Numbered from the stretch's first letter, positions 21,044 through 31,346 are shown. The stretch is 64,000 nucleotides of DNA from a bacterium (GCA_963693055.1 OY843751.1:5344001-5408000); one strand, 5' to 3'. The notes: a model not told the origin generated them from the sequence alone. Made by a program: numbers and translations.

Positions 21044-22141
21044 TTAAAATGGCAGTTCAAAATCGAGTTCATAATCTTGTACAATATTTTTCATGGTATT
21101 TTGCATGGCGTCATTAATAGGCACACCTTGCTTTTTGATCTTTTCTTCACGCATAAATCCTTTTTCGCCATGCGTATAGATCCGTTCCTGTCCCGGCAGT
21201 TTTTCAGCATTACGCATTGCACGCTGAATATTACCCACTATGGATTTGAACTCGTTAATATCAATAAAGTTCGAAACTTTGATTGCCATGAAAAAATGGC
21301 CCAAACGGTTCGGGATCTTTTTCCCATCACCGTCAAAGCCGGACAGTCCCCATGAGAACGGGCCACCACTCAATGCTGATGAAAGGATCTCTACCATCAA
21401 CGCAAGACCATAACCTTTATGACCACCCAAGTCTTCGCCCAAACCTCCAAGTGCCAGCAAGGCCGCTTTTCTGTCTTTGAATAATCCCAAAATCTTTGTT
21501 GCATCATGTTGAAAGTTACCTTCATTGTCAATGATAAGGCCTTCGGGTACCGGTTTGCCTGCGCGGTCCAGAGTTTCAACTTTACCACGTTGTATAATTG
21601 AAGTAGCCATATCCAGCAGATAGGGATGCTCTTCATCTGACGGGGCAGAAAAAGCAATAGGATTGGTGCCAAACATGGGCTCTGCACCAAAAGTGGGTGC
21701 AACAGACGGACGTGCATTGGTAACGGTAAAACCAATCATATCTTTTTCAGCTGCCATTAAAGGATAATATCCGCATATACCAAAATGGGTAGAATTCCGC
21801 ACAGCTACTGCACCAATGCCCACATTATCCGCTTTTTCAATCGCAAGGTTCATTGCCTGGTACGATATAACATGTCCCATTCCAAAATGGCCATCAATCA
21901 ATGCGGTGCCCGGGGTTTCGTTTACAATTTCAAGTTTGGTAACCGGTGTCTGCACACCATCTTTGATAAAATCCAGATACATTTTCAAACGGCCAATGCC
22001 GTGTGAACGTATACCACGGATATCAGACTTTAAAAGCACATCAACAACTATGGGTATATCGGATTCTGGTACACCGGCTTTACCCAAAGAAGCATGCATG
22101 AATTTTTTCAATTCGTCTAAAGGAATATACAGTTCAGCCAT
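21044..22141 (-). CDS. Ldh_2 family NAD(P)-dependent oxidoreductase (malate/L-lactate/L-sulfolactate type)
   Basis: RGIRSHG, RNSTHFG, GTNPIAF, LDMATS, GHKGYGL. Confidence 0.92.
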   Translation of the reverse strand: MAELYIPLDELKKFMHASLGKAGVPESDIPIVVDVLLKSDIRGIRSHGIGRLKMYLDFIKDGVQTPVTKLEIVNETPGTALIDGHFGMGHVISYQAMNLAIEKADNVGIGAVAVRNSTHFGICGYYPLMAAEKDMIGFTVTNARPSVAPTFGAEPMFGTNPIAFSAPSDEEHPYLLDMATSIIQRGKVETLDRAGKPVPEGLIIDNEGNFQHDATKILGLFKDRKAALLALGGLGEDLGGHKGYGLALMVEILSSALSGGPFSWGLSGFDGDGKKIPNRLGHFFMAIKVSNFIDINEFKSIVGNIQRAMRNAEKLPGQERIYTHGEKGFMREEKIKKQGVPINDAMQNTMKNIVQDYELDFELPF

Positions 22142-22196
22142 AATACACTCCGTTCGCTGAGGTTATATGAAATTGATTTATAATATACGTATTCAG

Positions 22197-22991
22197 TTAT
22201 TGACTATTCAGAGGCTCCAGGACGATTCCATATTCGTCTGCACTGGGATGCTCAAGTAGTTCTTTTACTTCATTGCGTATCTCTTCCCGATGTGATTCAT
22301 CAGGCTCCGTATCTGTTAAAACAATATCAATATAATCATCAGCAATACCCGTTATAAAGCTGTCCTGAAATGGAGAGGATAACTGATTGTGGTCAATCAG
22401 GGCCAGTATACGGTTCAATATCTCAAACAACAATATTCTTGCCTGACGCCACTTGTTCTCATGACGTAAATATTTAGCCTGTGCAAAAAGGATCTTGCTG
22501 GGCTCAACAATTTCTGATGGATTTATTTTTTCTTTGTGCGGAAAATCAAAAATGTCTGCCACATTCTCCCGCAGGGCAGTAACTTCATCTGTATCTTGAG
22601 GATGAATAAAAAAATGACACAGTTCCGGAAAAATCTCAACAAGATCAAGAATCACTTCTACTATGGTATTCTTGTCCAGCCCCTTGATCGTCCGTTTTAA
22701 TTTAACAATACTAATAAAATTTTCTGGTTCGTTCAACCATGACAATAACGCTGCAACCTTGTGCTCACAGGGACTGCTGCCTGCCTCACAATTACAGCGA
22801 CCGAACAATTGCTCGTCTTCAACAATCATTTCAACCTGATACTTGCCTTTACCCCTTACTGTTGCACGCAAGCCGTAATCAGTTAAAAATCTATGTTTTA
22901 CGAGATCGTTCTCGAAAATTTTTTCACCCAACCGGAATATCTCCGGATTTGCATAGGTGGATACATCAATGGGAGTAATCCGATTCGGCAT
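22197..22991 (-). CDS. SWIM zinc finger protein
   Basis: CNC-x6-CEH SWIM motif followed by a helical region. Confidence 0.8.
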   Translation of the reverse strand: MPNRITPIDVSTYANPEIFRLGEKIFENDLVKHRFLTDYGLRATVRGKGKYQVEMIVEDEQLFGRCNCEAGSSPCEHKVAALLSWLNEPENFISIVKLKRTIKGLDKNTIVEVILDLVEIFPELCHFFIHPQDTDEVTALRENVADIFDFPHKEKINPSEIVEPSKILFAQAKYLRHENKWRQARILLFEILNRILALIDHNQLSSPFQDSFITGIADDYIDIVLTDTEPDESHREEIRNEVKELLEHPSADEYGIVLEPLNSQ

Positions 22992-23025
22992 GTGGTCACT
23001 CCTCTGATTTTTAGGATCAGGTTAA

Positions 23026-23634
23026 TTAATTGCTATTATTCTTTTTAGCCTCGCGGCTCTTTTTGACTATCTGTCTTAAAACATTTGAAAAAGCAGGGTT
23101 CTTTTTCTCGAACCACTTTGTAAAAATTACCGGTTCACCTTCTGTCTCATAATCATTATACATAGCCAGAGGAGATACTCCAATATCAACCGGCTCTTTT
23201 TCTTTCATTACAAGAACAAATTCTTCGTCCTCATCGCTGATTTCCCGAACCTCTGTCCAGGGAATAAACTCATATTTGGTAGCAAAAAGTTTGATTTTTC
23301 CCATTGCTTCTGCCAACGGTTCAATACCTACATAAGGATGAATATGAACAACGCCCTTGTCAGTCAATCGGTATTCAAGACCGTTAACAACAGCTCTGAA
23401 AAAAGAACTGATTATTCCTGCAGCTGTTACTAAAAAAAACGCAATCCTTGCGGCAGGAAGTGACAGGTCTGGCATGGAAATAGTGAGAAAAAACAGTGAT
23501 GTTAAAATTCCGGCTACAAAGCCTCCCAACAACCAGGTAAATATTTTGGAATAAAACTGATTTATATTACGATGACGCCAGACAAATAGTGATTTTTGAT
23601 CTTGAACGTCTTTGATGTTTTTCCAGGTTTTCAT
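23026..23634 (-). CDS. Hypothetical membrane protein (2 TM helices plus a soluble, possibly PH-like domain)
   Basis: Two hydrophobic segments followed by EYRLTDKGV; GGAG SD upstream. Confidence 0.7.
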   Translation of the reverse strand: MKTWKNIKDVQDQKSLFVWRHRNINQFYSKIFTWLLGGFVAGILTSLFFLTISMPDLSLPAARIAFFLVTAAGIISSFFRAVVNGLEYRLTDKGVVHIHPYVGIEPLAEAMGKIKLFATKYEFIPWTEVREISDEDEEFVLVMKEKEPVDIGVSPLAMYNDYETEGEPVIFTKWFEKKNPAFSNVLRQIVKKSREAKKNNSN

Positions 23635-23726
23635 TCAGAAACTACTCCCAAAACTAGATAAAAAATGTGTCATCGTCTAAATATACAAAAATGCCCCGCA
23701 CAAATCCAAGACATTATTTCACAGAA

Positions 23727-24995
23727 TCAATCAACAGGGTGGCGAGTTTCGCCATTTCCGGTTACAATAAACTTGCGGGTAGTAAGCGCTTCAAGTCCCA
23801 TGGGACCAAATGCATGCAATTTTGTGGTAGAGATACCAATCTCCGCACCCAGACCCAGTTCACCACCATCAGAAAACCGGGAAGACGCATTCACACAAAC
23901 CACCGAAGAGTTCACATCGCGCTGAAATGCCCTGGCTGTCTGCATGCTATTGGTTGCTATAACTTCAGTATGCTCTGAACCGTATTTTACAATGTGTTCC
24001 ACAGCCTCGTCATAACTGTTTACAATTTTTACCGCAATTACCAGAGACAAATACTCTGCATAATAATCATCTTCAGTTGCTTCCGGAATTCCGGGAAGTA
24101 CTTTTAAAGTCTCTGCGCAACCACGCAATTCTACTCCGCGCTTGTCCATCGCTGCTTTTGCAAGAGGCAAAAAAGTTTGAGCAATATCTTTATGGACAAG
24201 CAGTGTTTCCAATGCATTACAAACACCGGGACGCGAGGTTTTGCCGTCTATCAACAGGTCAACCGCCATTTCGGGTTCTGCGTCTTTATCTACATACAAA
24301 TGGCACACGCCTTTGTAATGTTTGATGACAGGAATTCGGCTATTCTCGGCAACAAAACGGATCAGACCCTCACCGCCTCGTGGTATAACCAGATCAATAA
24401 ATTCATCCAGTTTCAGCATGTCTACCATAACTGCCCGGTCAGTTGTGGGAACAAATGAAATTGCATCCGGCGGTATTTCTGTTTCTGCCAGCGCTTTGTG
24501 CATAGAATCGACGATGGCCTTGTTGGAATTGAACGCTTCTGATCCGCCGCGCAACAATACTGCGTTACCCGCTTTGAGACATAATCCGGCTGCGTCAGAT
24601 GTTACATTGGGACGGGATTCGTATATAATAGAAATCACGCCCAGGGGTATACGCATCATCCCCACTTCAATACCGCTGGGGCGTTTACGGATCTCACTGA
24701 TCTCTCCTACCGGATCGTTAAAGGATGCAACCTGTCGCAATGCATCTGTCATTCCGGCAATACGTTTTTCGTTCAAAATCAGCCGGTCTATCATTGCGGA
24801 TGATAATTCCCGCTTTTTGCCATTTTCTACATCAATAGCATTTGCGGCAAAAATTATTTCTTTATCTTTTTCCAACTGGTCAGCAACTAGTAACAAGGCT
24901 TTGTTTTTTTCAGCAGCGCCTACGCGGGCCAGTTGATGTGAAGCAGATTTACATGCGCGCGCAATATCTAATAATTCTGTATTATTTGTGCTCAT
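23727..24995 (-). CDS. proA: Glutamate-5-semialdehyde dehydrogenase
   Basis: IYESRPNVT, catalytic VCNALET, GAEIGISTTKLHAFGPMGL. Confidence 0.97.
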   Translation of the reverse strand: MSTNNTELLDIARACKSASHQLARVGAAEKNKALLLVADQLEKDKEIIFAANAIDVENGKKRELSSAMIDRLILNEKRIAGMTDALRQVASFNDPVGEISEIRKRPSGIEVGMMRIPLGVISIIYESRPNVTSDAAGLCLKAGNAVLLRGGSEAFNSNKAIVDSMHKALAETEIPPDAISFVPTTDRAVMVDMLKLDEFIDLVIPRGGEGLIRFVAENSRIPVIKHYKGVCHLYVDKDAEPEMAVDLLIDGKTSRPGVCNALETLLVHKDIAQTFLPLAKAAMDKRGVELRGCAETLKVLPGIPEATEDDYYAEYLSLVIAVKIVNSYDEAVEHIVKYGSEHTEVIATNSMQTARAFQRDVNSSVVCVNASSRFSDGGELGLGAEIGISTTKLHAFGPMGLEALTTRKFIVTGNGETRHPVD

Positions 24996-25005
24996 ATTCG
25001 CTCCT

Positions 25006-26157
25006 CTATCCTAACAGTACCATTTCATCTCGATGAACAACCACATCGGAATACATACCATCCAATATATTTTCAATTTCTTTGCTTTTTTTGCCGGCTA
25101 TTTTTTCAAGATCAATATGATTATATTGACAAATACCCTTGGCAATCATTTTATTCTCGGCAATCTGAAAAATATCTACCGCTTCACCGGCTGCAAATTC
25201 ACCCTCTAATTTTTGTATTCCCGAAGGTAGCAGCGATGCTCCTCTTTCAGTGATTGCCAGAACCGCTCCCGCATCTATATAGACTTTGCCCTTACTGGGT
25301 TTGGCGTGTAGCATCCAGTGTTTTTTCCCCTTGACCGGGCGAGGGGATTTGTTAAAGATCGTTCCGCAGACAATACCGCTCAACAGCATTTCAAAAAATC
25401 CACGTTTGGTGCCGTTCATAATCACGGTATTGATTCCGCCCGAGGTGGCTTTTTCAGCCGCCTGGATCTTGGTTACCATACCACCGGTAGCGATATGGGT
25501 TTTGGTATCTTTGGCGAGTTTATAGATCTCTTCATTAATCGTGTCTACACGCGTAATGAGATTTGCATCCGGATTCTCGCGCGGGTCTGCATCATATAAT
25601 CCATCAATATCAGAGCAAATGATCAATAAATCGGCTTCTGCAAGTACCGCTACATGTGCAGCCAGGTTATCGTTATCACCTACCCGCAGCTCGTCTACGG
25701 CAACCGTATCGTTCTCATTGACAATGGGCAAGGTGTTCATATTCAGCAATTCGGTAATGGTGTTTTTGGCATTAACAAACCGTCTGCGATTCAACAAATC
25801 GTCAAATGTCAACAAGATTTGCGCACAGGGAAAATCAAACATTCTGCTCCACAAGGTCATAAGCTGCGACTGACCAATTGCAGCCAACGCCTGCTTTTCA
25901 GGAATAGAGCATTGCGCCTTGGAAGTAAACTGCACCTGTGTAGACAGTCCCGCTGCCACTGCACCGGACGATACCAAAATCACTTCCTTACCACGATTAT
26001 GACACTCGATGATAAAACTGGCAATATCCAGCAAATATTTTGTGCTGGCTTTTTTACCGCCCGCGGTAACCAATGTGCTGCCCACTTTGATGACTACACG
26101 TTTCCATTCAGGAAGCCGTTCGCCGTCTTTGGGCTTTATTTCAATAAACCGTTCCGT
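25006..26157 (-). CDS. proB: Glutamate 5-kinase with PUA domain; apparent non-canonical ACG start
   Basis: VSSGAV, NENDTV, GDNDNL, TGGMVTK and a PUA tail. The conserved KRVVIKVG lies upstream of the track start (26085); AAGGAG SD sits 6 nt before an in-frame ACG at 26157. Confidence 0.93.
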   Translation of the reverse strand, partial: TERFIEIKPKDGERLPEWKRVVIKVGSTLVTAGGKKASTKYLLDIASFIIECHNRGKEVILVSSGAVAAGLSTQVQFTSKAQCSIPEKQALAAIGQSQLMTLWSRMFDFPCAQILLTFDDLLNRRRFVNAKNTITELLNMNTLPIVNENDTVAVDELRVGDNDNLAAHVAVLAEADLLIICSDIDGLYDADPRENPDANLITRVDTINEEIYKLAKDTKTHIATGGMVTKIQAAEKATSGGINTVIMNGTKRGFFEMLLSGIVCGTIFNKSPRPVKGKKHWMLHAKPSKGKVYIDAGAVLAITERGASLLPSGIQKLEGEFAAGEAVDIFQIAENKMIAKGICQYNHIDLEKIAGKKSKEIENILDGMYSDVVVHRDEMVLLG

Positions 26158-26225
26158 ATTGATCTCCTTTAGAAAAAACAGATTATATATAATTAACGAA
26201 TCTTTTGCTCAATATCAAGATTTTG

Positions 26226-27125
26226 TTATGAAAACAAAAGAAAAAACACACCGGCAATAACACCTGCCAGGGCAAAAAACTTTAACCGCATATTCTGCTC
26301 TTTAAACATGGCCCCGCCAATTAAAAACGACACAATGGAATTTAACCGTCGAACTGCCATGACGAGCGAGATCAACGCGCCCTCTACATTAATTGCTTTG
26401 AAATACATAAAATCAGACAAGGTCAAAAAGATACCAATCAACGGTATGCTCCATCGCCATTCAAAATGCATCGAGGTCAGCATTTTCTTGCGATACATGA
26501 CAAACATGATTACGGTGTAAACGATACTGATATATACAAAAAACCAGGAAAGAATTACAATGGGAGTGATACCCAGTTTTTGTATCATATACTTGTCGTA
26601 CAAACCACAGGTAGCCCCAAAGATCGTTGCCACAATTACACTGTACACCCATCGGTTATTCTTGAAAGATATTCCTTCCTTATTGCCCAACACTGTAAAT
26701 GCATAATATGATCCCAAAATCAGTACCAGCCCAACCCATTGCATAGAGCTGGGTGCCTCGTGAAAGATAAATATGGCGCCTAAAAGCGTCCAGAATGGGG
26801 ATGTAGCTCGGATAGGCAGATAAATGGAAATGGGTAAATGTTTTAACGCAAACATTTCCAAAGTCCACGATGTGCCCACCAGCATCACCTTGATTAAAAT
26901 CAGTATATGCACCGACATGGGTAATTTGGGCACATAGAGCGAAACCGCTTGCATCATTCCGGGCTTGATAGCAGATAGTATCATTACAGGAACAACAAGA
27001 ACAGTCCCCGCCAAGGTAGACATCCACAACACCGGAAAAGCGGCATTATCATGAACCGCGTGTTTGCGGCCAACTTCATAAAATCCTAAAAACAGAGCAG
27101 AGATAATGCCCAGATATAACCACAT
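26226..27125 (-). CDS. EamA/DMT family transporter
   Basis: About 10 TM helices in two EamA-like halves (ALKHLPIS..P; IFIFHE). Confidence 0.85.
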   Translation of the reverse strand: MWLYLGIISALFLGFYEVGRKHAVHDNAAFPVLWMSTLAGTVLVVPVMILSAIKPGMMQAVSLYVPKLPMSVHILILIKVMLVGTSWTLEMFALKHLPISIYLPIRATSPFWTLLGAIFIFHEAPSSMQWVGLVLILGSYYAFTVLGNKEGISFKNNRWVYSVIVATIFGATCGLYDKYMIQKLGITPIVILSWFFVYISIVYTVIMFVMYRKKMLTSMHFEWRWSIPLIGIFLTLSDFMYFKAINVEGALISLVMAVRRLNSIVSFLIGGAMFKEQNMRLKFFALAGVIAGVFFLLFS

Positions 27126-27132
27126 AACAGGA

Positions 27133-28479
27133 TTACTCCATTTCTGCAGCAGGCAAATGCGGACGGTCTGCCTTGAAGCTGATTAGAATGAGCAGCACCA
27201 TTACCGCCAGGCAAATCCAAACCGCGGAGCGGTAATCTCCAAAAACACTGTATGACAATCCAAATACCGAGGGTCCAATAGCACTGGCAAACACAAGGTA
27301 CGACATGTTGTATCCGTTAATGGCGCCCAAATGCTTTCTGCCAAAATAACGCGGCCATATTACTGTGGATGCATTGCCAAACATACCGCTGGCAATACCG
27401 TTACCCAAAATCATGATATACTTGCCAATGCCTGAATGCAGCAGCAGTACGCCGGTGCCGGTAAGCATCAGCCCCAAAATCAACACCATCAGCATGTATT
27501 TCATTCGATATTTTAATATTTTCGTATCCAGCAACACTCCCGATGACAAATTGAATCCCACCGCAATAAATGATGCCGGTAAAAAGATGGATATAGCTTC
27601 GTGCCGGGGCATCCCGGCTTCACCAAAGATAGAAACAATGTGGAATGTTATCGCAGTATAAAACAGTGAAAACATGGACAGTCCCAGGTTGAACACCCAG
27701 AATGTATAGTTTCGCTTGACCTGTTTCAGGGTCCAGCTTGCCGCATCTTCGGCCTTCTTTTTTTCATGGTTGACATGTTTACCACCATCCGGAAGCAGAC
27801 CACTGCCCTCAGGTGTATTGCGGATAAATACAAACACAAACGCAGAGAAACCGAGACCAATGATCAATGCCATAACCATCCAGGCTCCGCGTTCTGTATA
27901 ATTCCGGATCAGCACCTCGAATATCAACGGCGATGCAGAAAACATAATACTGATAAACACACCCACAATACTGTTAACAAGACCACGCAGTTCGTCGAAC
28001 CAGCGCATAAGCAGAGTTCTGCTTGCTAACGCCAACACACCCTGACCCAAAAACCGGATGGATAAAAAACCAAACGTGATGGTTGCCATGACTACTATTG
28101 TTGCTGCCAAACCACTCAAAGCACCGCTCAATCCAAGTGCAATGTGGTCCACCTGACTCATGTAAAACAATGACAATCCAAATAAAATCGACGTTACCAG
28201 CGCAATCAATCGTGTGCCCAGTGAATCCAGTAACGTGCCCACGCGCGCAATGATGAACGAACTACCAATGGTACCCAGTGTATAAGCCAAGCTAAGCTGA
28301 AAACGCGTCAAGCCCAGTACATCTATCAAATAATCGGTAAATACGGATACGCCAACGGTTTGCCCCGGTGCGCTTACCACAAAGCCCATTACACTACAAA
28401 CCGCTATCATATAACCGTAAAAAAACGGCCATTTCTTTACACTAAAGGGAAATTTTTCAGGAATATGGATCTGCTTCAT
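27133..28479 (-). CDS. MFS transporter
   Basis: About 12 TM helices, PFFYGY..PGQTVGVSVF, RYFGRKHLGAING; start uncertain (28479 or 28512). Confidence 0.88.
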   Translation of the reverse strand: MKQIHIPEKFPFSVKKWPFFYGYMIAVCSVMGFVVSAPGQTVGVSVFTDYLIDVLGLTRFQLSLAYTLGTIGSSFIIARVGTLLDSLGTRLIALVTSILFGLSLFYMSQVDHIALGLSGALSGLAATIVVMATITFGFLSIRFLGQGVLALASRTLLMRWFDELRGLVNSIVGVFISIMFSASPLIFEVLIRNYTERGAWMVMALIIGLGFSAFVFVFIRNTPEGSGLLPDGGKHVNHEKKKAEDAASWTLKQVKRNYTFWVFNLGLSMFSLFYTAITFHIVSIFGEAGMPRHEAISIFLPASFIAVGFNLSSGVLLDTKILKYRMKYMLMVLILGLMLTGTGVLLLHSGIGKYIMILGNGIASGMFGNASTVIWPRYFGRKHLGAINGYNMSYLVFASAIGPSVFGLSYSVFGDYRSAVWICLAVMVLLILISFKADRPHLPAAEME

Positions 28480-28599
28480 GTTACTCTCATTTCTTTCATA
28501 TATGATATACATACTCGATCCCGGACTTTTGCCGGATACGAGGTAATTAATTGGCTCCAGTATAGTACTCCGAAACCAGAATTCTATGTTGCTTTATTT

Positions 28600-28666
28600 T
28601 CGTGCCCGGGCTCTGCCTGGGTACGGAAATAATTCCTGGTTCCTAGGCAGAGCCCCGGAACCAGAG
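28600..28666. repeat. Pair of inverted REP-like palindromes (REPIN-like doublet)
   Basis: CGTGCCCGGGC-TCT-GCCTGGGTACG followed by CTGGTTCCTAGGC-AGA-GCCCCGGAACCAG; GC-rich hairpins in AT-rich intergenic DNA; related copy at 34575. Confidence 0.7.
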
Positions 28667-28937
28667 TTAATAATATAATTTCTATAAAGACAATAACCGC
28701 AACATACACCAGTCAACATGCTGAAAACATCCAGGTGTGCATTGCGGTTAATACTGTCAAAAACAAGGAGATAATGTACGAAAAATTGAAATTAAAATAA
28801 ACTATAGATTTTTTGGAAGAACCCGGTGAGTAGAAAATCAAACAATATAATAATTATATGAAACCTCTGAAATATTATTAGAATCAAAGGTAATAATTTA
28901 CTAATTTGCTGTATGATAAAAAAAACTGGAGTTTTAC

Positions 28938-29909
28938 ATGGGTCGCAATAGAATACACAATGAAGACTTGTTTACCACAGCAGCAAATGAAAATTTCAAA
29001 AAGCATATAAAAACCCAAAGCAAACAAGCTCTGAAAATTATCAAAGAAAAAATTGATTGGCAAAATTTACTTGAACCCATTGAAGAACGTATTGAACAAT
29101 CAAAAACCAGAAAATCAAATGCAGGCAAGCCGTCATTTGATTTGTTAGTTATTGTTCGTTGTTTTTTATTACAACGTATCTATGGTTTATCCGATCCTCG
29201 CCTGGAAGAAGAGATTGCGGATCGACGTAGTTTTCAATTGTTTCTGGAACTGACCAGTGCGGATGCAATCCCTGACGAGACCACTATCTGTCGCTATCGT
29301 GAACAATTTTCTCGCCTTGGTCTTGATAAAATACTGTTCCGGCAATTCAACAAACAGCTTGAAAAAATGGGTCTGATCGTTGGCAAAGGAACACTTGTTG
29401 ATGCAACTATAAAACAAGCACAAGCGAAACCAGGAAGCAAGCGTGATCGTGATGCAGATTTCACAAAGAAACGTGGCAAAACGCATTATGGCTACAAAGG
29501 CCATATTGGTACAGATTTGGACAGTGATATTATTCATTCTGTAGAGTTTACCAGCGCAAGTATTCACGACACAAATCTTTTTCCGGATCTGATAACAGAA
29601 AAAGAAAATGCGGTGTTCGCAGATAAAGGTTACACGAACAAAGCCCGCAAGTGCAACCTGCGAGGCAAAGGAGTCTATTGCGGCATTCTTGATAAAGGAT
29701 ATAGAAACCGAAATTTGACATCAAAGCAGGTAAAAAGAAATAAGCAATTATCTAAAGTTCGGAATGCAGTTGAAAGACCGTTTGCCTTTATGAAGCAAGT
29801 ATTAGATTATGATCGGTGCAGTTATTATGATATGGGCCGAAATCGTTTTGAATTTGTGATTGCAGCATGGGTTTATAATATCAGGCGTATGGTTACATTA
29901 ACCACTTGA
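28938..29909 (+). CDS. IS5 family DDE transposase
   Basis: LQRIYGLSDPRLEE, PDETTICRYR, LVDAT, YGYKGH, ADKGY, R..VERPF. Confidence 0.95.
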   Translation: MGRNRIHNEDLFTTAANENFKKHIKTQSKQALKIIKEKIDWQNLLEPIEERIEQSKTRKSNAGKPSFDLLVIVRCFLLQRIYGLSDPRLEEEIADRRSFQLFLELTSADAIPDETTICRYREQFSRLGLDKILFRQFNKQLEKMGLIVGKGTLVDATIKQAQAKPGSKRDRDADFTKKRGKTHYGYKGHIGTDLDSDIIHSVEFTSASIHDTNLFPDLITEKENAVFADKGYTNKARKCNLRGKGVYCGILDKGYRNRNLTSKQVKRNKQLSKVRNAVERPFAFMKQVLDYDRCSYYDMGRNRFEFVIAAWVYNIRRMVTLTT

Positions 29910-29919
29910 GCCATTTCGT

Positions 29920-31346
29920 GGAAGTGTAAAGATTTTTGTGTAAATCATGAACAAGGGTTCAATAACCCGTAGGGTTATTGAATTTCGAGTTTTGATTTGC
30001 ACACACTTTTCCAAGGGACTGTAAATTCGCTTGTGTTTTAAAAACAAATATTACATTTTATTAAATACAGGAGAATTTACCAATGAAACTTACACCTGAA
30101 ATTATTAAACAACTTGAAAAAGATTTTGAAAACTGCAAGACAGCAGACGATCTGCTGGGCAAAAATAGTCTGGTCAAGAATTTGATTAGGGGCATATCAG
30201 ACCAAATTATGGAAGCTGAAATGACCCAGCACTTGGGCTATGAGAGACATTCTTCAGAAGGTGATAACAGTGGTAATAGTAGAAACGGTCACAGCAGCAA
30301 AACAGTGAAGACAGATTTTGGTGAAATTGACATCAAAATCCCCCGTGATCGGAATGGAGAATTTGACCCGGTACTTGTCAAAAAGCACCAGCGTGATCTG
30401 GGCAAAATAGATGAAATCATCGTTGCCTTATATGCCAAAGGTCTGAGTACAAGAGACATCAAAGACCATCTGGAAACACTCTACGGCCTGGACGCTTCCC
30501 CAACATTTATTTCCAATGTTACCGAACGGGTACGCGAGCTTGTCGTTGAATGGCAGTCAAGACCGTTGGATAGTGTTTATCCTATTGTTTATTTGGATGC
30601 TATCCACTATAAAATACGTGACGAAGGGCGTATTATAAACAAGGCCGCTTATACTGTACTGGGGATCAATGGTGAAGGCTTTAAGGATTTACTTGGTATT
30701 TGGATCGACCAGTCCGAGGGCGCCAATTTCTGGCTGTCTGTTCTAACCGATATACGAAACCGTGGGGTTGAAGATATTCTGATTGCATGCGTAGATGGGC
30801 TGAAAGGCTTTCCGGATGCTATTGCCAGCATTTTTCCCGATACTGAAGTCCAGCTTTGTATCATCCATCAAATCCGTAACTCGCTTCGTTATGTTGCATC
30901 AAAACATCAAAAAGAATTTATCAAAGATCTGAAGCTGGTTTATCAAAGCACAACTAAAGAAAACGCTGAACTGCAACTGGATCGCCTTGAACAAAAATGG
31001 GGACCCAAATATCCCATTGTTATCAATTCCTGGAGAAAAAACTGGGACAACCTGTCCAACTATTTTAAATATCCCGAAGAAATTCGGCGAATGATCTATA
31101 CCACAAATAGTGTAGAGGCTCTGCACCGGCAGCTTCGCAAAGTCACTAAAACCAAATCTCTGTTCCCCCACGATGATGCGTTGAAAAAAATGCTGTTTCT
31201 GGCCTACAGGGATATTGCTAAAAAATGGTCGCAGCCCATCAGAAACTGGGCCTTTGTTGTTTCTCAATTTTCTATTATATTTAAAGACAGGATGAAAATC
31301 CAAATATAGCACTACTATTCATTTACACAAAAAAGTTTACAGTCTC
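29920..31346 (+). mobile_element. IS256-family insertion sequence, 1427 bp
   Basis: Imperfect 26-bp IRs GGAAGTGTAAAGATTTTTGTGTAAAT / revcomp GAGACTGTAAACTTTTTTGTGTAAAT; 8-bp TSD CATTTCGT at 29912-29919 and 31347-31354. Confidence 0.93.
30083..31309 (+). CDS. IS256 family (Mutator-like) transposase
   Basis: NSRNG, PRDRNGEF, VYLDAIHYK, CVDGLKGF, QLCIIHQIRNS, YTTNSVE. Confidence 0.96.
   Translation: MKLTPEIIKQLEKDFENCKTADDLLGKNSLVKNLIRGISDQIMEAEMTQHLGYERHSSEGDNSGNSRNGHSSKTVKTDFGEIDIKIPRDRNGEFDPVLVKKHQRDLGKIDEIIVALYAKGLSTRDIKDHLETLYGLDASPTFISNVTERVRELVVEWQSRPLDSVYPIVYLDAIHYKIRDEGRIINKAAYTVLGINGEGFKDLLGIWIDQSEGANFWLSVLTDIRNRGVEDILIACVDGLKGFPDAIASIFPDTEVQLCIIHQIRNSLRYVASKHQKEFIKDLKLVYQSTTKENAELQLDRLEQKWGPKYPIVINSWRKNWDNLSNYFKYPEEIRRMIYTTNSVEALHRQLRKVTKTKSLFPHDDALKKMLFLAYRDIAKKWSQPIRNWAFVVSQFSIIFKDRMKIQI

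Noticed and set aside
28688-28754. Integron attC site
   Set aside because: Although bounded by AAC and GTT, the region that should be an unpaired spacer is fully paired, the R boxes fit poorly, and there is no integrase or cassette array
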